Source: Eledone cirrhosa | Lineage: Eukaryota | Length of the DNA stretch: 64,000 bases | NCBI GenBank assembly: GCA_964016885.1 | Contig: OZ024740.1 | Coordinates: 338,086,001 to 338,150,000 of the forward strand | Reading direction: 5' to 3' | Shown here: positions 50,630-64,000 of the stretch, one piece after another | Position numbering within the stretch: the first letter of the stretch is position 1 | Layout: each line of letters begins with the position of its first letter | Translations under genes and position numbers: made by a program | Notes under the pieces: model-generated | Told to the model about the DNA's origin: nothing | Seen by the model: the letters and a program-made list of their open reading frames with translations, nothing else | Databases searched by the model: none

Positions 50630-50950
50630 ATACCCCTATATGCCAAATATCTAATACTCATAGCTGTATCCATAGCAGAATTAGAGAAGAAATTCCAAAC
50701 TTGGAAGGATAGTTTGGAAGCAAAGGTTTTTAAAGTCAACTTGGCAAAGACTAAAGTCCTAGTAGGTAGAAAGGGAAACAGGACCCAGATACACTAAGGG
50801 CTTGGAAAGGAGTGGGAAGTAATTCCATCCTATGTCCCAAATGCAAACTATGTGTACACTAAAGATGTAGTGAGATCTCAGGCAAGCTAGCAAAAACATA
50901 GGTTTTATATGTGGTTGATGTACAGGAGTAGTAAGCAGAAAGAACTCACA
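50630..50950 (+). pseudogene. Decayed RTE RT fragment with a PHD-like insert
   Basis: LYAKYLILIA..ELEKKFQTWKDSLEAK.FKVNLAKTKVLV, then NSILCPKCKLCVH*RCS..FICG*CTG. Confidence 0.6.
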
Positions 50951-52015
50951 GGAAATAAGCCCTTTAAAAAAATAACCCAGCCAATGCTATTAGATGGTTA
51001 TTGTGGTGCCACGATAAAAAGCACCCAGTCCACAGTGTAATGTGGTTGGCACTAGGAAGGACATCTGGTTGTAGAAGGCAAGCCAAAATACAGATCCACA
51101 TGAGCAAGACATGGGACTAGCTGTCTAACGTATGCAAGCATGGACAAATAGATGTTAAATAATGATGATGGTTGTATAAATAATATCTATATCAAAAATG
51201 TGAAATTCCCAATAATGTAAAGATTGTGAGTTTTATAGTTAAGAATATTGAGATTCTTTGATGTAGAAATGTTTGCAGGTGACAGAGGGAGATATATATA
51301 GAGAGATAGATAGAGAGATAGAGAGAGTGTGAGTGTGTGTGTAGGTCATGTGAAGTGTGTGTAGTTCAGACTGTAAATGATTTAAATTTTTAACCTCAAC
51401 TATTCATCTATGGGTTGGAATTCCTATTATCTTAACATTAATTGCAGGAGAGTACCGAGTTGTAGCACTCATACCTTTCCCAAGAATCTCGGTTTCATTA
51501 GTGAAGTAAAAGAACATTACTGTTTGGTAGACATTTGCCAAACTATTTTGGCATGTCTCAATTCTCTCAGGATATTACTGGTATAATTCAATGAACTGCG
51601 GATTTAGATTTAAGACACAGAACACAAAGTTTCTGAAACTAAATATCATAATATAAAAGTTTACTGCCTGTTTTTAGTATCTGCCATCTTCCACAATATA
51701 TTACTAGTATTGTTTAATGAACTGTGAATATATAATTTAGAACACAGAACACAAAAAGATCCTGGAAGTAGGTGTCATAAAGTACCAATACTGAGAATGT
51801 GGGCGTCAAGAAAAATGCTGGAATAAAATAAGATCATTGATATTTCCAAGTTATATACTGCACCATTCTGAAGAATTTTACTTAGGAAACCCTTTTATCA
51901 GTTTCTACATGGGAAATGTTGAAGGAGGGAGATTGTTGTTATTGTTATTTTTCATGTTCCACCCATAAGATACCGGGATAAAATAATTATGGTGATTTTC
52001 TTTACTCGGTTTTCG

Positions 52016-52029
52016 GTTGCTATGGTAAC
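52016..52029. promoter_or_regulatory. RFX X-box motif
   Basis: GTTGCTATGGTAAC matches the GTTGCCATGGCAAC-type X-box. It sits in unique sequence with local CpGs, ~105 bp before ATG|GTAATG. Confidence 0.45.
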
Positions 52030-54057
52030 ATACTGCTAGCACTATTGACTGTATGGCAGATGAATTCTTGAAGAAGCACTTTGACAGAGAACAGTCAAAA
52101 GAACATTGAATAAAATTCTATATCAAAGATTTTATGGTAATGATTAGTTTCCTGACAAACTCAACCATTAAAGAAACCTTCTATATGACATTTTAACCTT
52201 ATTTTTATATACTTTTTTCTGTGTGTGAATTCCTGCAGTTTTGCTGTAGTTGTTTGCACTGTTAGCTTAATAGTAACAGGTAGCCAATTGGCAGACTCGT
52301 TAGAGTGTAAGAACAAATGCTTTGCTTCATGTGTTGTGGCTCTCTACACTCTAGGTTCAAATCCCATCAAAGTTAACTTTACCTTTCATCCTTTCAAGAG
52401 TAATAAACTAGTACCAGACAAGGGCAGTAGATTGGTGGAATTGTTAGAGCACTGGAAAAAATGTTTGTAGTATTTGTTTCAGTTCTTTGAGTTCAAATCC
52501 TGCTGTGGTCTACTAATTCATACTCAGTTTATCACCACCACCTGTAAACTTTAGTGCCTTTAGCAGAGTTTACTGTTGTATGTATTCAAACCATATGTTT
52601 GGTTTAAGAATATGTTCCACTCTTCCACCTGTCTTGGAGGCCTTGAAAAAGGTTATAGGTTCTGGCCTTTCCTTTTTGAAAACACAGTGGAAATTGATGT
52701 TTAGAGTTCAGTACATACCTGAATTATTATTCTTTTGTTACAAACTTGTTTCAAACTGTCTCTAGTTCCATGAAATAGAACCAGACATTTTAAAGGATTC
52801 CTATTCAAATTAAAATCTTTCAAAATAATTTAATATAGGAATGTTTTATTAAGTTATATTACCATTACTATCTTAATGATTAAATAATTGATAATTTTAG
52901 TAACCCTTCCCCAAAATTGTTCATGAATTAATTCAAATACAGTGTATTTCATTAGAAATATGGCAATGAAAAAGTAAAATATTTACTAGGGTAAGTGTTC
53001 ATCGATTTTGGGGATGGTAGCTACAGTAGCTATAATATTGTCATGTGATGCTGCTGTTTTTTTTTTTTATTTCGCTCCAGGTTAGCCATAATCCAGCAGA
53101 CTTTTAATCAAAATCGATTGAGACATGATCACTCCATTAATTTTAAGACATACTACATCTCAGACTACAATATCCAAGGTGCTAAGAATAGAACATATTA
53201 GAAAGATTTGGTCCTCTGAATAAGAACTGACTTAGAAAGTAATGACCATCCAGGCCATGTTAACATTGAAAGCAGACCTAAAGTGATGACAGTGATGATG
53301 ACAATAACAGAGAGAGAAGGTGGGGGAGGGGGTGTTGGCAAATTTATTACAAATTTAAAGATGTCTGTCATTTTATAATAAAATAGACAGCCATTTAAAA
53401 AAAATGTAAAAACAAAGCTATAAACAAATAGTTTTATTACAACTTTACAAGTATTCCAACAATTTCACTATTTCTTGTTTTTCCAATAATAATAATAATG
53501 ATAATAATAATATTAATAATAATAATTTTAATTATTATAATGAATCCCCCCACCCACACTTTAGTTCAATGTCAAATATTTATAAGGAAGGGGTATCGGT
53601 TCAGTGGAAACAGATCTCAGAAATTTATTAATACTTATTTTATTTTATTGACCTCTGGAGAAATCAAAGGTAAGGTTCATTTTGGCAGCATTTGAAATTG
53701 GAACATAAAGAGATGTAATTAATATGGCAAGGTATTTTGTCCAGTCCCCTCCTTGTTTTCATGCTCTAACTATAAAAGATGGTAGCTAAAATATTACAAA
53801 TGTCTATAACGTTTACTTATTTCTTATGTGTGAGATTACAATTGGTTAATAAAATAAAACTCAAGGCATTGCTATATTTTCTGGGGGAGACTGCACCAAC
53901 TCTTCCCCTCCCTCTGCCCCTAATTGCTGAAGCTCAAAAGAGCTGACGAAGGAGCTCAACTAGGGGAGGGATGCTGTAAATATGTAACAGCAGATTCAAA
54001 ATGGTGAGGATGAGGATGATGGTCATGATATATATATATATATATATATACATACAT

Positions 54058-54092
<35 letters not shown>

Positions 54093-54150
54093 CACATATA
54101 TCATATATATATAAATACATATATATATACATATATATATACACACACAT

Positions 54151-54208
<58 letters not shown>

Positions 54209-55226
54209 TTATGTATCTTTATCTGTTTATCATTCTCTCTCATTCTCATAGTTTTATATCTGTTTTTCCTCACATGCATAGAGCTACATACTCACCCAAC
54301 ACACATGCACCTATACATACATTATATATATATATACATATACATATATATATATATATATACACGCACACATATATATATATAGTACACAGAAAGACAG
54401 AGATAGAGTGAGAGAAGGAGAGGGAAGGATGCAGGCTGTTGAATACATTTTTTTAATATAGGAACTTTTGAATGAAGAGCAAATACTTTATAGCATTTGT
54501 ACAAAGTAACGTTTTCCTTTAACTCTTCTTTCTCTTTGATGAATAGAATATGCACACAAGAAAAAATATATTCCATTTCTCAATTTCTTTCCTTTTCCTC
54601 AAATTGCCACTTCCTTTAATACGATATTTGTAGTGTTTGAGCATGAGCTGTGTTATGAATTGCTTAAGCCAAATGCAGCCAAAATGAATTACAATTTTAT
54701 ATATTTATTTTTCATACGTTTCATACGTTTTATAATTTATTTTAAATTATATTTGTTCATTTTATTTGGCTTTATAACAACTTTTATTTTCAAAATTAAT
54801 AATCATTTCATTATTTTGTATAAGCACTACACAATTTGAGAACATAAGTACTGGGGTCGATATGATCGACAAAATCAAGGCAATGCTCCAGCATGGATTC
54901 AATTTGATGACTGAAACTGGTAAAAGAATATATATTTTTACACACACACACACACCTGTCCACACCACCCTTACACTGTAAACAAGATATATCCAGCCCA
55001 CACTGTAAAGTGGTCATGTAGGAGTCACGACAAAAAGCATGCAGAACTCACTGTAAATGAGGTTGGCATTAGGAAGGGCATCTAGCCATAGAAACCTAAC
55101 CAGAAACAGTTCTATATGAGTAAGACACTGTCACCTGACCCAGCTTGCCTCAAACCAGACAACCTGTCTAACCCATGTTTGCGTGGAAAAATTGACGTTA
55201 AACAATGATGATGATTATATATATAT

Positions 55227-55257
<31 letters not shown>

Positions 55258-55418
55258 CTGAGAGAAAGAGAGAGAGAAAGAGAAAGAGAGCAAGGGCATC
55301 CAGCCATAGAAACCAAGCCTAAATCAGTTCTATGTGAGCAAAACACGGTCCACCAACCAGGATGTTTCACAACGGGACAGAATGTCTTAACCATATTAGT
55401 GTAGAAAATAAATATTAA

Positions 55419-55625
55419 CCCTTTAATGTTCAAACCGGCCAAAACCGGCCAGAATTTTCTACCTCTTTCTGTTGAAACTGGCTGTAACTGGTCGCTCAAA
55501 CTGATGTTAAGGTATTGTTCTCAAAATAAATACTTTCAAAATCTCATAGATTCGATATTATGTGAGGTAAAGCCTTTACCATGAAAATATAATAGTATAT
55601 ATAAAATAATGTGAATGCTAAAGGG
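55419..55625. mobile_element. piggyBac-type MITE
   Basis: TTAA|CCCTTTAATGTTCA ... TGAATGCTAAAGGG|TTAA. Confidence 0.75.
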
Positions 55626-56442
55626 TTAAACAATGATGATGATGATGATAATGATGATGATGATGATGATGATACAATATACAAAAGTAGACACTTTATA
55701 TATATGTATATGTAAATACTTCTTTCTGTTTCCTTCCCCCCACTCACCTACTTCTCATCTTGATTTAAAATTACAAGAAATCAGTCTGCTTTATTTTTAA
55801 TCAATCTTAATTTAGTTTCATTTTCTCTTGAAGTTGTCATTAATGATGTTAGGGTTATTGTTGGTGGAAGGTGTGGTTATGGTGGTTGCTGTAGTGGTGG
55901 TGACAATTGTAGTGCTGGTAGTAACAGCAGTAGCATTTGTGGTTATAGATGGTAACTGTACTATTCATATTACTAGTGATAGCTATGGTGGTGGTGGTGG
56001 TGGATATAGTCATCTTCATAGAGATATCATTGTTTTTATAATAAACTGATGAATAGCATTTTGTCAAGTGTTTTTGTTACAGTACTGATAATAACAAAAG
56101 CATCAACTATAACAGCATGAGTAGTAACAATAACAATAACAGCAATAGCAAACATAACAACAGCAGCATCATTAATATCAATAACAGCAGCAATAATAAC
56201 AATAAAAATATGAGCAACATCAATAACATCAATAACAGCAAACAATAATATATACAACTGCAATAACATAGTCTACTGCACCCCTCTATTGGTATTCAAT
56301 AAAGTCAGCTAAGGGATAAGAATCGAAGAGGATTTAGTGAGGTATGGTATGTCTATAAGTTACAGAAAGAGTCTATTGAATTATTGGTTAAAGGAGTATG
56401 TTGTGGCTTAGTGAGGAATACTGGAGGTGGAGGTGTCATATA

Positions 56443-56542
56443 CAGGATGTCCCAAAAAACGTATACATATTTTGATTACCAGTACAGGCAATATTTATTA
56501 GAATGCTGTTAAAATGTGTATACATTTATTGGGGACATCCTG
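56443..56542. mobile_element. Tc1/mariner-type MITE
   Basis: TA|CAGGATGTCCCAAAAAACGTATACA ... TGTATACATTTATTGGGGACATCCTG|TA. Confidence 0.8.
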
Positions 56543-56799
56543 TATTATACAGGAATATTTATCTATATTATATATGTTTTATTTACTAGACTGGAGTCAT
56601 GTGAAAGGAATACAACACACAACTCAATTGAGAAATAAAAGCCACATCCATATTATTGTGAACCCAACACCCTAACCACTAAACCATAGCAGGGAGGTAA
56701 CTCCAGAGGGCCAATGTTCTTGACAGGGAGGACTGGGTGTAGTGATTAGTGCAGGGCCTGGAATTGTGGTGGACAAAACAAGTGATGATTGACTAAGGG

Positions 56800-56940
56800 A
56801 GGTGGCACATGACAACCCAACCAGCTCTGAAGAGCAGAAACTGTTGTAGTAGTGGTAAGAAAGGCAGGGAGAGGAGGCACATGACAATCCAACCAGCTCT
56901 GAAGAGCAGAAACTGTTGTAGTAGTGGTAAGGCAGAGAGA
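56800..56940 (+). repeat. 72-bp-period tandem duplication
   Basis: GGCACATGACAA(C/T)CCAACCAGCTCTGAAGAGCAGAAACTGTTGTAGTAGTGGTAAG twice. Confidence 0.85.
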
Positions 56941-59476
56941 AGAGGGAGCATTTTCATAAGTTGGAGGTGGCCAACGTGTGCCTGTGAATAATTGTATGCC
57001 AATTAATCAAGTAGATTTTCTCTGAATGCAGTCTAAGGAATCAGTGTGTGCAGCAGTACCAACACAGACATAGGAGTATTGCTCCATTATGGTAATGAGT
57101 TAACTACTAACCAAAAGTATGGCAACTGAGAAACTTGCCTAACTGTAAGACCATTGTTGTTGCTGTTGCTTACCCCCAAATTACCTCTGATTGAGCAAAC
57201 CTATGATTAAAAGTATTGCCACCATCACAAACTTATATTTTTTTCAGGAATAGTGTACTCCAGACTTTATTATCCAATGATTTTATATTTATCAGTTAGT
57301 CAAGAAGAAGTGCAGTTCCCATGATCTTTGTGTGTATATCTATAGATACACAGCGATACACACATGTGTGTGTGTGTGTGTAGTACACATCAAAATACAG
57401 TCTTTAGTTTCCCAACTATTTATAATAGTCCTTCACATCATAATAGAGGAAATTAAGACTGGCTATTATTGGGAACTTATGTATGCAAATGATCTACTTG
57501 TCATAATTAAAACCATAGAAGAGCTAGTGAGGAAATTCTTGGCATGGAATCAAAGTTGGAGATGGTTGCTTCTGACAGGACTTTCTGGAAGGAGTGTTTG
57601 AGGACACTGCCCCCATGACCCTCTCAGGAATAAATGGAAGAAGAAGAAAAGAAAAAAAAAGAAAGAAGAAGAGTAAAAGATGGGACTAGTCTATTGCATG
57701 ATTAATTCCCAGCTGATCCTTGCACTCTTTCTTTTTAGCCAAGTGGAGTAAAATTAAATGAAATAACCTGCTCAAGGACATATCAAGAATAAAATCTACA
57801 GCCTTACAATCAAGAGCCTTACATCTTAAACATTAGACCATATGTCTTTACTGTTCAATATATATAGTATAATTAATTGTTAATCTAGAAATTGACTTTG
57901 TATTCACCATTTCACTCTCATCCACGCCTCCACTATCAATTGAATTCTGCTGTTCTAAGTTAAGAATATTCCAGGCCACCTTTTTATACCAAGTAGCTTT
58001 ATTGTGTGCTGTTGTTCTTTGTCTCACATCCCATTTACTTACTTTCCTTCTCCTCCACCCTTGTTTCAACCTGAACTCCACCTTTTTCTTTTATCTCACT
58101 TCAGGTGCTGGTGCTTTCTTCTTCTCTCTCCAATTTTAGCTCTTTCTTTGTTGTTCATCTCACACTACACTCTTGACTCTCTCATGTCATCTCTCTCTCA
58201 CCTTCTGTAAACATTCTTCATATAATCTTTATAAATAAAAGATATTCTATGAATCTCTTCTACTTAAAACATGGTGGTGTTTTAACTCTCACTCTTTTTA
58301 TTTTAATTTTATGTTATAGTCCTTCCCACTTTAAGTTAAACACAACATTCTTCTTCTGGTAAATTACAAGCAAAAGCAAACATGATCTCCCCACACATCC
58401 ACATAAACAAGAATGATACAGCACAAAGTTAATCTATAAAAGAAAAGAAGAGATATTGACAGTATGGACATTTTATTCTTTGTCAAGATAGATAAAGAAG
58501 AGGAGGGAAATATTATGAGAAAAATAGTGTTAACAGAGCTTGATTTACAAATCAAAAGGAGAGTGATTGAATAATCCTCACTTGAGTTAGGACAGAAGTA
58601 CTGATCACATCATTGTTATATGAAGATTAACTGAAAACAAACATAATATGACGTGTGTTTGTATATTTATTTATACACACATACACACACTGTGTGTGTC
58701 TGTAACTTCTAATTTTGCACATACAAACACACACACATATATACATAATGCATTTCCTATCTTAGTCATGTTGCATGATAAGAAGTTTTCTTTTCAGTAA
58801 CTAGGTTGTGGGTTCTAATCCTATATTTGTCCCTGTAAATAGTTATTTTTTTAAAGTTACTTATCATCCTGTATATCATTTGTACATATACATTGAAAAT
58901 GTATGTAATTACAGCTTAGAAATAAATGATTAAAATAACATTCTTATCCTTGATAACGTCCATATGTCGTCAGTAATCAACATAAATTAGAGTGTTTCTC
59001 TTATGAAAACCATTAATTTGTCAAAATGCAAATTTCCCAGTTTGTATGATTGTTAATATATTTGGTCATCCTGATATATATGGCATTCCAATACTAAATA
59101 CCCAAAATTAAATATATTCAATACTATTGCCGTCATTATTGATAACACAAGTCCACTAGTATCTTAATATATCAATCTAAATTTATTCGTGGCTCAGTTC
59201 ATTATTGTTAGTTTCCAAATAAAGATTACTAGATCAAATCCAGCCAAGTACTATGTAGAAATCCAAGAATAAGATATTCAGAGATCAAATCGATTGGAAA
59301 CATTGTTTTGATATGAATATTAAAAAAATATTTTATCTCCAAATTTGAGGTTATTAGTTTGAAAAATTATATTATTATTGATAATGCACCCTAGTTGTTT
59401 AGACATGTACTCATGTAATGGCATGAGAAACTAACCAGAACCCATAACTACTCGATGAAGACTGTGGCTTTAGCCT

Positions 59477-60780
59477 CTAGGTTTGTTGGGTTTTATGTGT
59501 CTGTAAATGGCTGGTGCATCTGATTCTGGTATGGAAATAGCAACAGCATGTGGCTTCTTTACAAGTCCAAGTTGGGTTGGCTTTGCAGAGCTCACATTTA
59601 GTTTTCGCTGTCTGGATGAGTGTCCTTTGTAAGGGTATGCCATAGAGGATTGTTCCGAGCAAGCTGTTTGCAGAATTTTAAGTTGATGTTCATGGATTTC
59701 AGTGTTGCTTTCAGACTATTCTTGCAGTGTTTTTTTTCAATCACCAGCTATTCACTTCCCTCTAGCAAGATCACCATAGAGTAGTTGTTTTAGTATGTGT
59801 ATGTTGTTGATGCAGATGACATAGCCTGTCTAACAGGAGTAGCTAAATAGACGTCTTTCATAATTTAGCTGTACATCTTGTACTCTTTTCTTCATTGTAC
59901 CAATAATCTACTCTTTCTCAGCTCCAATTTATACATTGACTGAATTTATAAAATTGTTAATAATTATAATCCATTGTGTATAAAGATAATCTATCGATTT
60001 TGATGATAGATATTCAGTTGTTCGATCAACTGGACTACATACTCATTGAATTTATAGTGTATATAAATGGTATGTGGACTAACAAGTCCACATACCATTG
60101 TGCCCTAAACGTAGTTGTTAGGTTGAATCAGTGTGACATAATATGTGACAGGGTTAGCCTTTTGACTTACAGGTTCATTCCATCTAATGACTTTTCACAG
60201 TTTCTGTTGAGCCAGTTTCATTCCCAAGGCTATAGTAAAAGATATTACACAGTAATACCAAACCTGGGACATCATAGTTGTGAATTAATCTTCTAGAACA
60301 ATAAGTTACCAGAGCAACTGGTTAATATTATCCCTTAGTCGTTGGAGTATTTCCTCAAATGTTTTGTATGAAAATATTAAGATGTGGATCAACAGTGCAG
60401 TTTCCCATGTCATCAAGTTACTCTGTGATGCAATTTTGTTTTAATTAGTTATCAGAGGAGAAGTGTTCATGGCTTCTGTTTGTCCTTTGATATTGGTGAG
60501 ATTAATACTGCTGAAGCCCAGTCTGTTTGGAAACATGGGTGGAGATGCATCAGGATTCTGGTTGAATGTTTGCAACTGAGTGAACTCTACTAAAAGACCC
60601 AAAGAGAAGATGCAAATGTATGCCTGAGGGACATCATGGGCCTAAGACTCACAAGACAAATGAAATGTATGGTCGTACAGTGAGGTTATGATCCTAGGGC
60701 CTCTCTGTATTAGGTTCATCATGGTCTCAGTCAGCTATCCAATCATTCAGATAGTTCCACAAAATATTCTTCTGGATAAT
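59477..60780 (-). pseudogene. Old decayed RTE-like LINE; left (3') end supported, right boundary uncertain
   Basis: C-terminal LKSMNIN..LARNNPLW and a C2H2-like C..FHTRI..SHLQTH. Confidence 0.45.
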
Positions 60781-61476
60781 AAACACTTAAGTGGAAGTGG
60801 TACAAAATTTCAACTAAATTAAAGCTATAAATACTAGAATTTGTAGCAGTCTGTGGTGGGCTACATTAGAAGAAATCAGTTTAATAAATTATGAAAAGTG
60901 GAAAATGTTGGCATACCATAATAATAAGGGAGATCTCACATCTGTATTTTATAAATGCAGCATAATGGGTCTTGGCTAAGTCTGTATACAAATTTTAAAC
61001 ATATGATTGGTAGTCATTGTGGTTCAATGTTTTCTGCAATAAACTACCACCCTGTGTTTTTACTGATTTTGGTCTTGCCCCTTTCTGCCAAAAACAGTTT
61101 AAAGAAATCGAGCAAGAAATATAAAAGTAATGAAAAATACAAAAACAAAAATCAGACGAAAATATCGATGGGAAAAATTGGGAATTGAAGAATCTGCAAA
61201 TCATAGATAGGAAATGTTAAAGAATATGCTGAAACGAATAGTATCAGTATAATTAGACTAAATAAATAGAAACTCATTGAAGAGTGAAATAATTGTCGGA
61301 ATGGTTAATCAATGCCAGGTATGGAAAAGAATCAGTGATGTGTAACTGAAGTATATCAACAGAAAATATGGCCAAATCAACATTTCATTTTATTGGTGTA
61401 GATCTCCAGAGTTTGAAATATAAATGATGTTACTGCAATAACTCATTTGTGTTCATGTTTTTTTTTCATTCACCAG

Positions 61477-61520
61477 GAAGATTTGTGGCCAAACTTCCGA
61501 ATACTTAATAGCGTAGAAAT
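61477..61520 (+). CDS. Candidate 44-nt internal coding exon
   Basis: Acceptor tttttttttcattcaccAG and donor AT|GTAGGT. Only phase 0 is open (EDLWPNFRILNSVE). Confidence 0.25.
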
Positions 61521-61801
61521 GTAGGTTGTTGTTGATGTTGTGGATGATAATGGGATTGAGGTTGGTATTGGTTCATATTTCAAACATTAAAGCAATATTA
61601 GCACGTTCAAACCTCTGACCATGAAAAAAAAAAAAAAAATATATATATAGATAGATATGTATATTTATATACATACACATATAGATAGAAATGTATATTT
61701 ATACACATACACATATATATATGTGTGTGTGTGTATATATATGTGTGTATATATGTATATATATGTATATATATGTGTGTGTATATATATGTATATATAT
61801 A

Positions 61802-61860
<59 letters not shown>

Positions 61861-62221
61861 CCATTGGGACAAAAGATGGCTGTTGATGAAATGATTAATG
61901 GTGTAAAAGTAACTTCAAGGCTGGTCAGAAAAGTTGATGCATTAATAGATATATCTTGCTATAGAAGCTTGCTATTCGGAAGTTTTTCCATGTCAGCCAG
62001 GTATGATATATGTGGTCATTTCTCTCCAGACTAGGTGTCAACAAAACAAGGTGGACAGATTGTCTCTTTATATAAGTGGTCAGAAGCTTGGCATGTCACT
62101 CAATCAATAAGTTGCTCTTTGGCAGATACAGCAGTGAAAGCTGATTGGGTGACTGCAGTTGTCTCATTGGACATTTGCCAATCACTGATCCCCTATAACA
62201 TGACATAGAAACCAAAAGTGC

Positions 62222-62255
<34 letters not shown>

Positions 62256-64000
62256 ATGCACACACACACACATACACATATCATTATATACATATATAAA
62301 CACACACACCATTATATACATATATATATATATAGTACATGCATACACACATACTAACATTCACATCCCCCACCCTCAACAATAGATATGCAAGTATACT
62401 GTACTATTTAAAAACAGCTTTTGATCGTTTTTTATTTCTACAATTTGGCTTTGATCAGTTACTTTTTTTCCCTTTATAAATAGGGGAAAGACCATTTGCT
62501 CTCCAACTTAGCAATATTCAAACCAGATTACACAAAATACTTTTTTGCCATGTGGGATCTCACTTGTATGATCATGGTTGATATTGATATTACCAACACC
62601 AATACCCAGAGCTAACACAGCCATTAAGGTCAGCTAGGTAGTCAGATAAGGCACAACCCTTAGAGACGTACATTACTGAATTTTAAAGAATCCCAGTGTT
62701 ATGCAGATTTGTATAATTAAATGAAATATATAATAATTTCTTGCAATCAATAAATAAATCACTAAAAGATCCTTGGTGCATTGTGGAAATATCCTAAGCA
62801 GTAGAGAGTGTTATATAGTGTTATGACCTGTAACATGAGTTGGTACGGGTGAATGTGAACTGCATAATAGAAAATGCTGGTTTAGTAATTTTCTTACTGG
62901 GGTCAGAAGTGTTTAAAACTAAGTACATCAGCTTACAAAATTATAAGCTGAAATTATTGTTCTTGAAAGACTGGCATGCATAACTGTGAGAATGGAATAC
63001 ACATTGTGTTACTAGTCTAGGGTCCTAAACCCCCAGGTACTGGCTCTGCTAATTCCAATACCAACAGTGCTAGCAAATATGTGAGGCATTTAAGATGATG
63101 TAACTTTTCTTTTCACTTCCTTTAGTCTTTATATTTGAATAAGGATTTTGTTTAAGGTTAGAGGAAAAGTCTGTGATAACCCTTCTATTAGCTATTTGAA
63201 GGCTTTAAAGAATTACTAGGATGAAACTTACTGTGACTTAAACCATGTCAGGACTAAACAACTTCAACAATAGGCTACATTCTTTGACCCCCAAAATGGA
63301 TGTCTCAGACTACTATCTAATATATATATATATTATTGAAACTCAACTCCATTCCTTGGTTAATTTAGATAAAAGAAAGGTGGGAAGAAATACAAAATTA
63401 AATATAGGTGGATGGTGAGGGGAGAAATTCTACACACATGGCTGGATGGTATATCTCAGATACGTCCTACAGACAAGATGATGAAAGCATGGCTCTAGAG
63501 AACAGCCAGTGATGTCTACTGCATTAGCCATCCTATCTCATGAGGGTCTTTCCTTATGTAAGATTCCCTCCTCCGAATTTGGTGGAAGAAAACCACAGTT
63601 TAGGGACTGAGGAAAGAAATTGTTACAGTAATGATTCATCCACACATGCACACATGTGAAAATGTGTATGTACATACACACATCAATTAATATTCTACCT
63701 CTTATGAAGAATGTCAATATCCAATACTAATTAAAAGCCACCACAAAAGAAAGAGATGAAATTTAAACTAACCATCACCTTTACTAAACATTTATATGTA
63801 TCCATAGAAAACAGATTTGACAGAGATAACTCCCAACTACTATCATGTTTAAAGTTAGTAAAGATATCATTGAAAACCATATAAAAATATGTGATAAGGC
63901 ATATTTGACTATCAAACTTGCTTATATACATCTTCTAGCATTCTGAAAGAACACCTAAGAGATACCTCTTGTGCATGTGGTAACAAAATAACTCAACATA

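Noticed and set aside
56820-56930. Tandem CTGAAGA-gca-GAAAC..GTA hammerhead-like cores
   Set aside because: Only 3 nt are available for stem II and there is no convincing stem I.

Overview
AT-rich, microsatellite-dense animal genomic DNA, most likely a mollusc. The SINE types and the (TA)n/(GATA)n/(AAC)n landscape resemble octopus, but this is inferred, not proven. The window is almost entirely intronic or intergenic and dominated by transposons: two non-autonomous Helitrons, a near-complete Tx1/L1-type LINE with an 18-bp TSD, a near full-length RTE LINE whose 5' ~2.4 kb is inverted, several Penelope-like element (PLE) fragments with GIY-YIG endonuclease, many tRNA-derived SINEs, and hAT, pogo, mariner and piggyBac MITEs. 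There are only weak hints of host exons. The most striking hidden feature, found by hand-folding, is about ten type I hammerhead ribozyme (HHR) folds. Several sit in PLE 3' ends/pseudo-LTRs and most lie beside (TA)n tracts. They include canonical cores, a U3-A8 compensatory core, A4/C4 core variants, palindromic dimer-type stem III, and a conserved covarying insert in stem II. All alignments and folds were done by eye; no database search was run.
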